A stretch of DNA of 64,000 nt from Macrostomum lignano (taxonomy: Eukaryota), in assembly GCA_002269645.1 (NCBI GenBank), contig NIVC01000110.1:901812-965811 (forward strand), written 5' to 3'. Shown one piece after another: positions 11,775 through 23,357 of this stretch. The position numbers and the translations under genes were made by a program. Numbering within the stretch: the first letter of the stretch is position 1; each line of letters begins with the position of its first letter. The notes beneath the pieces are model-generated. The model was not told the origin of the DNA. It did not search any database and was given only the letters and a program-made list of their open reading frames with translations.

Positions 11775-13535
11775 TCAGCTCGCAGCCTTGTACAGCAGCC
11801 GCTTGGGCGCCCTGGAGTCGGACTGCAGCGCCATCAGTAGGTCCCGCATGCCCACCCGGGTGTGCTTCGGCCGTTTCGAACCGAGAGAGCCCAGGCCTCC
11901 GCCGATGCCGCCGCTGCTGCCGCCACCACCGCTGCCGCCGCCGCCGCCAGGCCCGGCGCCGAAGAACGGCCGCTTCCGGCTGCTGCCGAAGATGGCCAGA
12001 GCGGCGGTCTCGTTTGCCTTGTCCTGCTTGTCCTGCTCGTACTCGGCTTCTTGCAGTTCTCGCGCCTTCTGCTTCAACTTCTGCTGCTCCGGGTCGTCCA
12101 TTTTAGCTCGCGACTTCGCCGCCCTAAGCAGCCGTTCGCGCTCCTCCTCGTCTTTGCGCTGCTTCTCCTGCGCGTCGAGGCCGGCCAGGAATTTCAATCG
12201 CCTTGCCGCGTCGTCGGTGCGGGCCAAATAGGGACAGGCGGCCGCCAGCGGCTCAGACCTGTGCTCAGCAGCGGCCGCCGCATGTTCTAAAATGTCGGTA
12301 AGTCGACGCTCAACAGCAGCTGATAGAAAAGCGACGGCGCTGTCGGAGACTTCCAGAAGACCGTCGGATCGGACGAGGTTGATGAGGCGACGCTGGAGCG
12401 AGCCGGAGCCGAAGAGGACGCCCTGGTCGGGGCACTGGCGAGCTGCTCCCGCGGCAGTTGCAGGCGTCACCGCCGTGGCCGCGGCAGCAGCCGGTGCAGA
12501 CGAAGATGAAACCGCAGTGACAGAAGCTGAGCTGACAGCAATTGCTGTAAAGGATGCCTCATTCTCATTCTTGATATTTGCTCCGACAAATGATTTGGTA
12601 TCTGCCAGATTATCGTCTGAAGGGACAGACTGCTTCTGCTGGATAGCTGAACTTGTTGCTGCATGCATAACAGGCACAGCGGAAGAAGTCGCTGAAGACA
12701 CCGCAGTAGCAGTTGAGGGCAACGGCGCAGCGGTTGAGGCAGCGACAAGAACAGTGGAGGCCATGGGGCGGCTGTGCTGCATCATTGGCTGCATGGCTGC
12801 TCGAACTACAGTTGGGGCTGGCATTCGCATGAGCTGCTGCTGCTGTTGTTGCGACTGCTGCTGCTGAGGCATTGGCGAGTCCAACCTGACCAGGCCCTGT
12901 CGATATGCCCGTCGATAATTGGGCAGGTGCAAATTGAGAAAGCCCAGCAACTGATCCGAATTAGTGCTAGAGCCTAGCGCCTCTTTCAACTGATTGACAA
13001 AGTCTGGCACTGGCAGGCGTTCCTCCACAACATCCCGGATCAGCTGGGTGACCCTCTGCGGTCTCGTGTTGTCTTCGCTATTCTCTCTGGACAGGCGCTG
13101 CAATACGCTGAGAAAGTTTGAGCACTTTGCTATGCTCTCATTGCTGACCCCACCGGCGCTGACTTGAGTAGGCGCTCCGCCAACTGGCACGCCGGGACTG
13201 GCAGCTACGCCGCAGACGGCAACGTGAGACACCGGCGGTCGAGCCTGCATAGCCGCCTGCGGCATGGAGGCCGCGGCCGCCGGCCTAGCAATAATCTGTT
13301 GGCCGCCATTGCCATGGAACAGCACATACTGCGGCATGCTCGGATGCCTGAGCACAATATTCGGCCCCATGGCCAGCTGTTGCCCGCTGGGCATTCGAAT
13401 CACCGAGGCGGCACTGCTAGAAACGCTACCAGCTGCTGACGGCTCCGACGGTCGGACTGACTGAGGCGGAGCCATGTGCACCAGGCGAAGCTGCGCGGCG
13501 CCATTTGGAGCCTGAAAGGCCCGACTGTCGCCCAT
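11775..13535 (-). CDS. TAF4: TFIID subunit 4 (TAFH/NHR1 domain + histone-fold/C-terminal TAF4 domain), single exon
   Basis: TAFH: AKCSNFLSVLQRLS..VTQLIRDVV..VPDFVNQLKEALGSS..LLGFLNLHLP. C-terminal domain: LQRRLINLVRSDGLLEV..LSAAVERRLTDILE..AEHR..LKFLAGLDAQEKQRKDEEERERLLRAAKSRAKMDDPEQQKLKQKARELQ..ANETAALA..RVGMRDLLMAL..LLYKA. The first ATG (MGDS) is at 13535; the track ORF extends to a non-ATG start at 13601. Confidence 0.93.
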   Translation of the reverse strand: MGDSRAFQAPNGAAQLRLVHMAPPQSVRPSEPSAAGSVSSSAASVIRMPSGQQLAMGPNIVLRHPSMPQYVLFHGNGGQQIIARPAAAASMPQAAMQARPPVSHVAVCGVAASPGVPVGGAPTQVSAGGVSNESIAKCSNFLSVLQRLSRENSEDNTRPQRVTQLIRDVVEERLPVPDFVNQLKEALGSSTNSDQLLGFLNLHLPNYRRAYRQGLVRLDSPMPQQQQSQQQQQQLMRMPAPTVVRAAMQPMMQHSRPMASTVLVAASTAAPLPSTATAVSSATSSAVPVMHAATSSAIQQKQSVPSDDNLADTKSFVGANIKNENEASFTAIAVSSASVTAVSSSSAPAAAAATAVTPATAAGAARQCPDQGVLFGSGSLQRRLINLVRSDGLLEVSDSAVAFLSAAVERRLTDILEHAAAAAEHRSEPLAAACPYLARTDDAARRLKFLAGLDAQEKQRKDEEERERLLRAAKSRAKMDDPEQQKLKQKARELQEAEYEQDKQDKANETAALAIFGSSRKRPFFGAGPGGGGGSGGGGSSGGIGGGLGSLGSKRPKHTRVGMRDLLMALQSDSRAPKRLLYKAAS

Positions 13536-14358
13536 GGTCTGAGAAACCTGCTTGCTGCTCTGTCCGAGTTTCTGTCCTCTGCTGTGCCTAGCCAAGCTCA
13601 ACTGTCAGTTGCATTGTTTGTTTTTAAGCAGATGAAAATGGAAAAGATAATTTTAGATGAACTTTGCTTTATTTCACTAATGCATTGACTTACCCAAAAT
13701 GCTTATATATTGAAAACTTTAAACAAAAAGTAAAAATGCAAGCATATATTTCAGATTTACACCTGCTTTGTTTTTTGGTAACACACTTTGAATTTTATGC
13801 ATCTATAAGTTCAATTTTTCTTATCCCTAATGACTCAATTTAGGTTTCTTAAGCACTAGATTCAGCATGATTTAGCATCTTAGGTATCAATTTAGGATGT
13901 CAAATAAAAAGTAGGATCTTATCTAGCAATGGTTATATGTTTAAAAAAGAAAAAGATAACAACTATTATAATCCTCTAGTTTTAATAGACAGTTATTAAA
14001 TTTAAACTACTTTAATGAAATCACACTTCAATGGAAACTTTTATAGAAATTATTGCATCTAAGATAATGTAAGAAAAATCATTTACAACTTAGATTTTTT
14101 ATTGGCAGACACTTTTATATCTGAATACTATAATTAATAAAGTTTGTTTATCATTTGCATAATTATATAATATAGTTATCACAAATTTAATATTAGCCAT
14201 TATCAAAATAATATAAAGCCAACAAAATTATATAATTTAGATGATTAACTTGAATAATTCAAACCTATCTATTATTATCTATAAATTAGCTTTCACCTTG
14301 GCATTCCTATCACAATACTGTGTCAATTTCAATTGTCGTGTTGTTGGTGGCATTTGGT

Positions 14359-15082
14359 CTATCATATAAAATTGTCGGCTATCCTTTAGTAGAATCATTC
14401 GTTAAATTAATTTTTGTTTGAATTCGATTTCTTTCTATTTTTAGAGTCCAAAAATATGAAACAAGTGAACAATCTAACAGTTTACAATTAAATATACTGG
14501 CAGCTAAATTGTTTGTTATAGTCAATTGCCACATCACGACACGAGGGTACTATTTTAACGTTGGGTAATAGGGGTAATAGTGTCACTGGGTAATTTTATC
14601 CAGGACACATTTTTCCACAATTTTTGAATTTGTGCATTGATGTCAGGAATTCTTAAAATAGTATAAGTTTTGCGCGCACAAAGCATTAATATGTCTATGG
14701 TCAAAGTCGGTGACAGTGCGGAGCTGGGGGACTTTTAAAGGGAGATGCATTTGAGATTGAAAAATTAGCTACCGAGCTGCCATACTGGGATTCAAGTCAA
14801 GCCACTGCTTACTTTGCTGATTTTGGACTATTACTCTCTGGATGGCTGGATCTGGATGACCAGTGGCCTCAAGTTGGATTGTGTCACTGTTTAACTTTCA
14901 GTAGTACCCTCGTGTCGTGATTTGGAAATTAACTATAACAAACAATTTAGCTGCCAGTACATGTTAAACTGTTGGATCGTTCACTTGTTTACATTTTTAC
15001 TCTAAAATTAGAAATGAATTAAATTCAAGCGAAAAAATAATTTAACAAACGATTCTATAGGATACCAAATTGTCATTTATAG
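14359..15082. mobile_element. Foldback/MITE-like element with about 190-bp imperfect inverted arms
   Basis: 14359-14552 is the reverse complement of 14902-15082, sharing ACAAGTGAAC, ACTGGCAGCTAAATTGTTTGTTATAGT and ATCACGACACGAGGGTACTA; about 350-bp spacer. No TSD found. Confidence 0.7.
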
Positions 15083-15102
15083 CCTCAATTTGTTGTGCAT
15101 TT

Positions 15103-15168
15103 TTTTGGCCCGCCACCTCAGCCAGTCGTCCAATCCGGCCCGCACTGAAAAAAGTTTGCCGACCCCTG
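15103..15168 (+). mobile_element. Solo hAT-type terminal fragment
   Basis: TGGCCCGC...ATCCGGCCCGCACTGAAAAAAGTTTGCCGACCCCTG, the reverse complement of a CAGGGGTCGGCAAAC hAT-like terminus also present at 51841. Confidence 0.55.
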
Positions 15169-17171
15169 ATCTATAATGATAAATTTTTAATTTATATAGC
15201 GATATAGCAAAAGTTGCCTAGTTGAGTTATTTATTTAAAACCAAAAAAACTTTTTTTTATTTATAAAGAGAAAAAAGTTGAATATTTTCTATCATATAAT
15301 CATGTTTTAATATTTGAAGTTTTTTTTATTTCTTTGACTAGAATCATCTTGGTAGGTATAAGCAATTTATAAAACTTTTTAATTTTTATAGAAACAAACC
15401 AGAGCTAATTTGTTAGGCTAACCAAAATAACTGATTAGTCTTAGCTTTAGCTCCAATGTTAAGTTCAACCTTAGTCTCAACTCTTAGGTAAAGTGGTTTA
15501 GCCTTAGCCTTAGCTCCTAGGTAAACTACTTTCATTTCAGTCTTGTTCCTAAATAAATTATATATGATGCTTCCTTTAAGGCCTTAGCCTAATCAGCCTT
15601 AGCTTTTAGCTAATGCATAGGAGCTTTATACTAATGTTTGTCCCTTTGAAGTTCTGCCAACAATTGCAGAAGAGTCACTTAAATTACATTTGAGCTAGAG
15701 TAACCTATTCGATATAAAAAAAATATTGTTGATATAGGAAAATATGCTTGTTTAAGAATGGCAATATAAACTAATGATAGTTTTTAGAATAGAATGCCAT
15801 ATGGCTACATCATTATTTATTACAAATCTTTTATAATCAGGTTATCTAGTTCCATTCAATTAGAGGGTCTTACTTAAGCTTATAGATTTTGGCAATAGTG
15901 CAGTTTTGTTTGTGAAATTATTTTTCATTTAAATTTGAAAGTTTGAAACCAGAAAACAATAACAACGATGTTTTAAACCATTATAGCGACTGTGCCAGAG
16001 CTCACTGGTCACGGAACTTTAAAGCAAATGGGCGCTCTATTAATATACTTTTTTTCATTAAATCTGTGCCACACTCGAATGCTACTTGAAATGCAAGTTG
16101 TCTATAGAAAAAATAGTTTAAAAAAATCGAAAGGGGCTCAAGTGGGGAGGGGGCTTGAACTGTTTCCCTTTAGCTAAGAAGCTGCTAATATCTGCTTTTT
16201 CTTTTGGACAACATATTGCATCATGGCTGGACGACCACCAAGACCCTCGTGGATAATTCTGCCAAATGAAGTGCTGCCAGCGAATGCTCTACCGCAACTA
16301 GAGCTAAATGCACGCGATCTGATGGCTGCCACGGTCTCTGCCACAAATTGTTAGAATGGTTTAAAACATCATTTTTATTGTTGTTATTGTTTTTTTGGTT
16401 TTGAACTTTCAAATCCAAACGAAAAATAATTTCACAAACAAAACTGCACTATTGCCTAGATTTTATATGCTAGCAATAAATTTGTTAACAATTGATAGTA
16501 TTATAATTGCTACCTACAAATCATATAGATATTTGATTCTAAGAAGCAGTAAATATGACCTAATACAAGCTTATAATGCTACTTGCTTGGCCAATAATGG
16601 CAATGTAGCATAGGGCCTACTTAGCATTTTCTATCTAGAAGGAATATTGGGAGTTGTTCAAAAGATTTGCTACTTTTAGAATTTATTGTTACAAGATAGA
16701 TTATGAATTATATTTTCAATATTATCATAATTATTTCACTGACTGACTAACTTAATAGTTGGTCAAAGGTACCTAGTATATAGACTAACAAAAGATAGAA
16801 CAAAAAGGTAAAGTATTTAGTCTAATGGTTACTATACTATAGACTTCTATTATATCCCATTGCATATATCATAGTTGGCTAATATTTTAAAGCAATATGG
16901 CTAGAACTACAACTAGGCTAATATCAATTTGTTTTAGTCAAAAGTTTAAACTAATAATGATTAGAAAAAAGGCATAAAAATTAAAGAGCAAAGCTAGATA
17001 TAAATAGCTAGCTTCTTTTTTATATACATATATATTGCTTTACTTGCTAAACAAAGAGGCACAGAATCAGATAGTTATTCTCTAGGCTAAGCTAGTATGT
17101 ACTACCTATAAAAAGTCATTATCATTGGCCTAATAAATATAAATAGCTGCAAAAACAACTCAAAGATCAAA

Positions 17172-18719
17172 CAGGGTGACCGCGCTCCAGTAACTTTTTT
17201 CTTCCCTGACTAAACTAAATTTTCCCTGACACACTAAAAGTAATAGAAGAAGCTCAGTGATAGTTGTGCACAATAATTTTATTGCAACAAACTGTTGCGC
17301 ATTAAAAAGTCAGCAATGTTGAGATTAATTTAATTTGAATTGAAGTTGAAACAGCGCATGTATTGGCAATAATTTGTTTGAATTAATAATGAAAAATTAA
17401 TGCACCGGAAACTGACCACAAAAAAACGTAGTGTTTGATAAAAAATTGCATGAAAAATATCAAGTACTAACTTTTATTGTATGTGGCGCACAGTAAAACA
17501 AAGTTAAGAGATGTAGCACTGTAGTTAAAATTGAGTTCAATGAGGAATCGTACCTTCAAGTGCTACAATCTCTTTCTCTACCTTCTCCACTTCTTCCTTT
17601 TTCTGTTGTGCAGCACGACGCAGTGCATTTGACTTCACGAGTAGGCTCATGTTTGAATCCGTCTCACATTGGTACACGAGGCTATCCGCATCTTTGGTGA
17701 GAACTGCAACATCAAGCAGGAGCTTCTTTTGCTTCGACTGGAGCTCCAGCACCGTTGCATCCTTCCTTTTCCTTGATTCCTCGTATTTCCGATGAGATGC
17801 TTCTGCTCGCTGCTGCTCCAACATGGCCCTGTACCTACTCCTGGCACTTCTCACACTCTTCAACATCTCCTCGGTAACTTTCGCGATGATTTCAGCGGCA
17901 GTCTTTCCCTTTTGCCACTCGTACACAAGTCGGAGAGAACGAATGCTCAATCCCTGAAGATTTGGTTCTAGGCACTCTTTGTTGACACTGAAGCCGCGCT
18001 CAACAGCAGCATTCCCATGGAAGGTTGTCAGAACCATCTTCACAATGATCTGCAAATTATTGGTACTCGTTGAATCAGTGAAGAGGGAAGCAAAGAGGAC
18101 ATCAAGTCGGTCTGACTTATAGTCGAATTGAGACAGCTGAAATCGATGCTCACGAACTGTAACAGTTCGAAACTGGGTGAACTCGGACTTTGCAGCGTCA
18201 GCTTCCTGTGCAGTGATGCGTCCCTTAGTGTAGGCTTCCAGGACAAGCGCATCAAAATCTGCTTGAGCCGGTGATGAGGATGGTGGGTCACTATCCAATT
18301 CTGCCACCAGCACAGAAAAACAAAATATACACCTTTCTATTAATGGCCTGGTTAATATATTATCATAGTATGGACTATATATTTTACTGTCAGTGTGATT
18401 AGCACAGCAATTATAGATTAGCAATATGTAGGCCTACAAGCCCATAAATTATTCATTTAAGAACAAGTATCTGCCAATTTCAAATAAATACCAGCTTTTA
18501 AAAACAAAAATACATGGAACAAACAAAACAGATTTACTATTCGAGCTACTTAGTGCTATCGATTAGCCGCTTTCTTGTCTCACAATTTTTTTCTTCAATT
18601 TTCTAATTTACTTTCAAATTTTCCCTGACTTCCTAAGAATTTCCCTGACTTTCCCTGACTTTCCAGACCACATTTTTTTCCCTGACTTTCCCTGACTTTC
18701 CCTGACCGCGGTCACCCTG
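17172..18719 (-). mobile_element. Non-autonomous hAT (hAT5-like) DNA transposon, 1548 bp
   Basis: Perfect 13-bp TIR CAGGGTGACCGCG/CGCGGTCACCCTG; 5-bp TSD TCAAA (17167-17171, 18720-18724); subterminal TTCCCTGAC repeats at both ends. Confidence 0.88.
17537..18424 (-). pseudogene. C-terminal remnant of a hAT transposase
   Basis: RLDVLF..LQIIVKMVLTTFHGNAAVERGFSVNK..NL..SIRSLRLVYEW resembles the hAT C-terminal region, followed by a coiled coil. The N-terminal and core part is absent; a likely splice acceptor lies near 18302. Confidence 0.75.
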
Positions 18720-19574
18720 TCAAAGAACAACTCTATTCTATCTATAAGCAACTTGTAACGAAGCTAAAAGACTTAGCATCAATTGATTTCTTTTATTTTG
18801 CTTTTAATTAAAATACAATAAATATAATACAAAGGAATTTGACATTATATAAAGTTAATATACTTATATTGTATATTGTAATAACCAATTCATGTAATGC
18901 TTATTTATTTTTATCAATTAATTCTAGGCCTATCTACCTATGCAGGCTATGCTACATTTGGTTTAAAACTTATTTATAGGCCCCTATTGCTAGCAGAATT
19001 GTAGATTATTTGCTTTTGTCTTTTTTCTGGGTCTAGTTTATAACTCTATGTATAGGCCTAATGTATGTCTATGGCATGGATCTGGCCCCAAGGTAAACCT
19101 GCAACTTTAAATAAATGTTTTTTTGCAAAATGACACCATGGGTATGGCAACCTGGCTTAAGTGCGATTTTTTTAGTGTAGTGGGTCATATATTTTAAAAT
19201 ATAAAAACTAGGCCTTGGCCTAACTTAACCTACTCAACAGGCAACAGCCAACAAATAACTTTATCTAATCTTCTGTTTTCGACAGTCGACAGTCGACAGA
19301 CGACAGGCGCCACACACACTGTGGTCTGTGCCTGTTGTTGACTCACTCATGGCATCGCCTGTTACAATGTGGGTAGCACCTAATTACTCCGCCTTCAGCT
19401 TCTGACCGCCGCCATACTGGCCCTCGCCCCAGACACTCCCACAGTGCCCGGTTGTCACACACTGAAGTTAATTAAAAGTAGTAGTAGTAGTAGGCCTAAG
19501 TTAAACGTATCTGTTTCCCCATAGATATTCGTATTGATATTCAATTTCTAACAAATGCAACAAAATAAACCTAC

Positions 19575-21183
19575 TTGTACAGCTCGGATTTGCATGAAAA
19601 TTTACAGAAAAATTATTACACACAAAACAAACACCTCTGTGAAACTTCAAGTCCATCAGACCACGCAAAGCGGAATGGCAAGAGTTTTAAAGGTGCTCGT
19701 ATTTATAATGCATTGTATATGCGCACAGTGTATAACATGTATGCCCATTTGCAACACTTGTACAGCTCGGATTTGCATGAAAATTTACAGAAAAATTATT
19801 ACACACAAAACAAACACCTCTGTGAAACTTCAAGTCCATCAGACCACGCAAAGCGGAATGGCAAGAGTTTTAAAGGTGCTCGTATTTATAATGCATTGTA
19901 TATGCGCACAGTGTATAACATGTATGCCCATTTGCAACACTTGTACAGCTCGGATTTGCATGAAAATTTACAGAAAAATTATTACACACAAAACAAACAC
20001 CTCTGTGAAACTTCAAGTCCATCAGACCACGCAAAGCGGAATGGCAAGAGTTTTAAAGGTGCTCGTATTTATAATGCATTGTATATGCGCACAGTGTATA
20101 ACATGTATGCCCATTTGCAACACTTGTACAGCTCGGATTTGCATGAAAATTTACAGAAAAATTATTACACACAAAACAAACACCTCTGTGAAACTTCAAG
20201 TCCATCAGACCACGCAAAGCGGAATGGCAAGAGTTTTAAAGGTGCTCGTATTTATAATGCATTGTATATGCGCACAGTGTATAACATGTATGCCCATTTG
20301 CAACACTTGTACAGCTCGGATTTGCATGAAAATTTACAGAAAAATTATTACACACAAAACAAACACCTCTGTGAAACTTCAAGTCCATCAGACCACGCAA
20401 AGCGGAATGGCAAGAGTTTTAAAGGTGCTCGTATTTATAATGCATTGTATATGCGCACAGTGTATAACATGTATGCTCATTTGCAACACTTGTACAGCTC
20501 GGATTTGCATGAAAATTTACAGAAAAATTATTACACACAAAACAAACATCTTTGTGAAACTTCAAGTCCATCAGACCACGCAAAGCGGAATGGCAAGAGT
20601 TTTAAAGGTGCTCGTATTTATAATGCATTGTATATGCGCACAGTGTATAACATGTATGCTCATTTGCAACACTTGTACAGCTCGGATTTGCATGAAAATT
20701 TACAGAAAAATTATTACACACAAAACAAACACCTCTGTGAAACTTCAAGTCCATCAGACCACGCAAAGCGGAATGGCAAGAGTTTTAAAGGTGCTCGTAT
20801 TTATAATGCATTGTATATGCGCACAGTGTATAACATGTATGCCCATTTGCAACACTTGTACAGCTCGGATTTGCATGAAAATTTACAGAAAAATTATTAC
20901 ACACAAAACAAACACCTCTGTGAAACTTCAAGTCCATCAGACCACGCAAAGCGGAATGGCAAGAGTTTTAAAGGTGCTCGTATTTATAATGCATTGTATA
21001 TGCGCACAGTGTATAACATGTATGCCCATTTGCAACACTTGTACAGCTCGGATTTGCATGAAAATTTACAGAAAAATTATTACACACAAAACAAACACCT
21101 CTGTGAAACTTCAAGTCCATCAGACCACGCAAAGCGGAATGGCAAGAGTTTTAAAGGTGCTCGTATTTATAATGCATTGTATA
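19575..21183 (+). repeat. 183-bp tandem array (about 8.8 units) forming the left TIR
   Basis: Units start at 19575, 19758, 19941 ... 21039 and are nearly identical. Confidence 0.97.
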
Positions 21184-21397
21184 TGAATTCCAATCCCAGC
21201 CGGAACTACTTTTGCTTGTGTTCCAGAATATGAAGTTATACTCAAACACAGAACTTGTTAATAATTATAGGATAGAGTTAAAAATAAAAGTGGAGTATAA
21301 GTTCGTATAAAATTAGAATTTGAGGCAAGCATTAATCACATGTTGGCTTGTGGTGTTGCCCAAGAATGTCAGGCAATGTCTGTCTTAAAACAAGTAT

Positions 21398-22487
21398 TGG
21401 CAAACTCCGGCCTCTGTCCCTGCGCCTCCCTACGTCCCTAGATTCCTTTGAAACTTCAGTCAATTCTCTACTGTTTCCTCTCTTCTCTATCGTCTCTCAT
21501 CCTTTCCCTCCCATCTCATCTCATCTCTTTTTTCCTCTCTCCTTTATTTCTTCCTTCTCCCCGATCTTTTCTTGTCTCTCCTTATCTTTCTTTGGTTTTT
21601 CTACTCTCTTCTCTCTCATTGCTTTATCATCTCTCCTTTCTCTTCTTATTTTCTGCTCTCTTATCTCTTCTTATTTATCTCTGCTCTCTACTCTCTATTC
21701 TCTCTCCCCTCTGTATAAATTCTCACTCCTCACTCTCCCCTCTTTCTTGACACTTCCCACTTCTCTCCTCTCTCCGATCTCTTCTCTCTACTCTCCCCCG
21801 ATCTGCTCTCGTCTCTCATCTCTTCTATCATCTCTTTACTCTCTCCTCTCTCGTCTCAATCCTCTGTAATATATCTTTCCTGCCTCATACTCTCTCTCAT
21901 TATCTGATCTGTAGTCTCCTTTTATCATCTCTCCTCTCTCAACTTCCTCCACTACTCTCACCTCTCCTCTCCATCTCTCTCTCCCTCGCTCTTATCTCTC
22001 CACTCATCTCTCTGTTCTCTGCTCTCCCATCTCTCATCTCCTTACTATATTCTCTCCCCTCTCCGTTCTTCTCTTTCCTCTCCTCTCCCCTGTCTCTCCC
22101 TTTCCCCTCTCTCCCTTTTGCTCTCGATTCTCTCCCATCTTTTCTCCTCTTTCCTCACTCCACTTCTCTCTCTCCCTTTGTCTCTCCTCTCTGCTTTCGT
22201 GTCTGTAATAGATTCTCTCTTATCACTTCTATCTCCGCTGTTCTCTATTCTACCATCTGTCGTCTGTTCACTCTCGTATCTGCTCTCTCGATCATCTCTA
22301 CTCTCTATTCTGTTATCTTTACTCTTATATGTTCTCAAATCTCTCCTCTGTACTATTTTCTTTCCCCTCTTATGACTCCTCTCTTCCAATCTCTTCTCTC
22401 CTCTCTCTCCACTCTCTAATCTCTAATCTCTTCTCTCTCATCTCTACTTTCTCCTCTTCCCTCTCTCTCCCATCTCATCTATCTCCT

Positions 22488-22542
<55 letters not shown>

Positions 22543-22660
22543 CTCTCTCTGTCTCATCTCATCTCTCTCATCTCTACTTTCTACTCTCTCTTCTCCTCAT
22601 TTCATCTCTCTTCTTTCTCCTCCAATTTGCAGCCCTGAGAGGAATTTGTGTATCTCCAGC
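21398..22660 (+). repeat. Long CT-rich tract with degenerate hAT-like flanks inside the MULE
   Basis: TTGGCAAACTCCGGCC precedes about 1.2 kb of polypyrimidine, including pure (CT)n near 22490-22540. Confidence 0.7.
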
Positions 22661-23357
22661 TCCACTGCACTCCAGCAGTCTAACAACCTATATTGCGTAG
22701 CTACTTTCTTATATCTATCTTCAGTTCATGTGCACTCGTCCTGTTTACTGTTTTTTGCCTCTCTGTCCAGCTATCTCTCTCCCTTGCTGCATTCTGATTG
22801 GCTATTTATTATCGTCTCTTTCTTTAGTCGCGCACCCACCCCTATTTTTCTATCAGCACACTCCCCACCCCTCTCTTTTAGTTTAATCTCTGATAAATGT
22901 AGACCTGCACGCTTGGTCCCTGCGTCCCACTTACTAGTTGCTTCTTTAATTTCAATTCTAAGTAAATTTTCTCATTTTCTCTTGAACGAATACTAGATTC
23001 TATATAAGCAATAACTTAACTGACCATTGAATTTTTCAAATATGTGGACTCGTGGACTCGTATTTTTCTTCGTAGTACTGACCACAATTCTAGTAACTTT
23101 CTGTTTTGGACTGCCATCAAAAGAGCAGGTATTTGCAGTTTCATAACTTTCTGAATGCATGCAATGTCGAAACTGGATCTTTATCCGTAATTTTAAATGG
23201 GTTATTCCTATTTTAGGCTCAATCTAAAGTCAGTACAGCCAGTAGAATTTATCCTCCTCCAACTGGCTTTCGTCACTCTACACCACTTTATGTGTTCTTA
23301 TGTCGGGCACTCAAAATTCGAAACCGACTGCGATCGCGGGTATATCTTTGGGGTCTA

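Noticed and set aside
11788-12867. Long plus-strand ORFs
   Set aside because: Antisense shadows of GC-rich TAF4 codons.
19555-21233. 543- and 552-aa Cys/His-rich ORFs as genes
   Set aside because: They are the 183-bp TIR array (a multiple of 3) with no domain signature; kept only as a low-interest finding.
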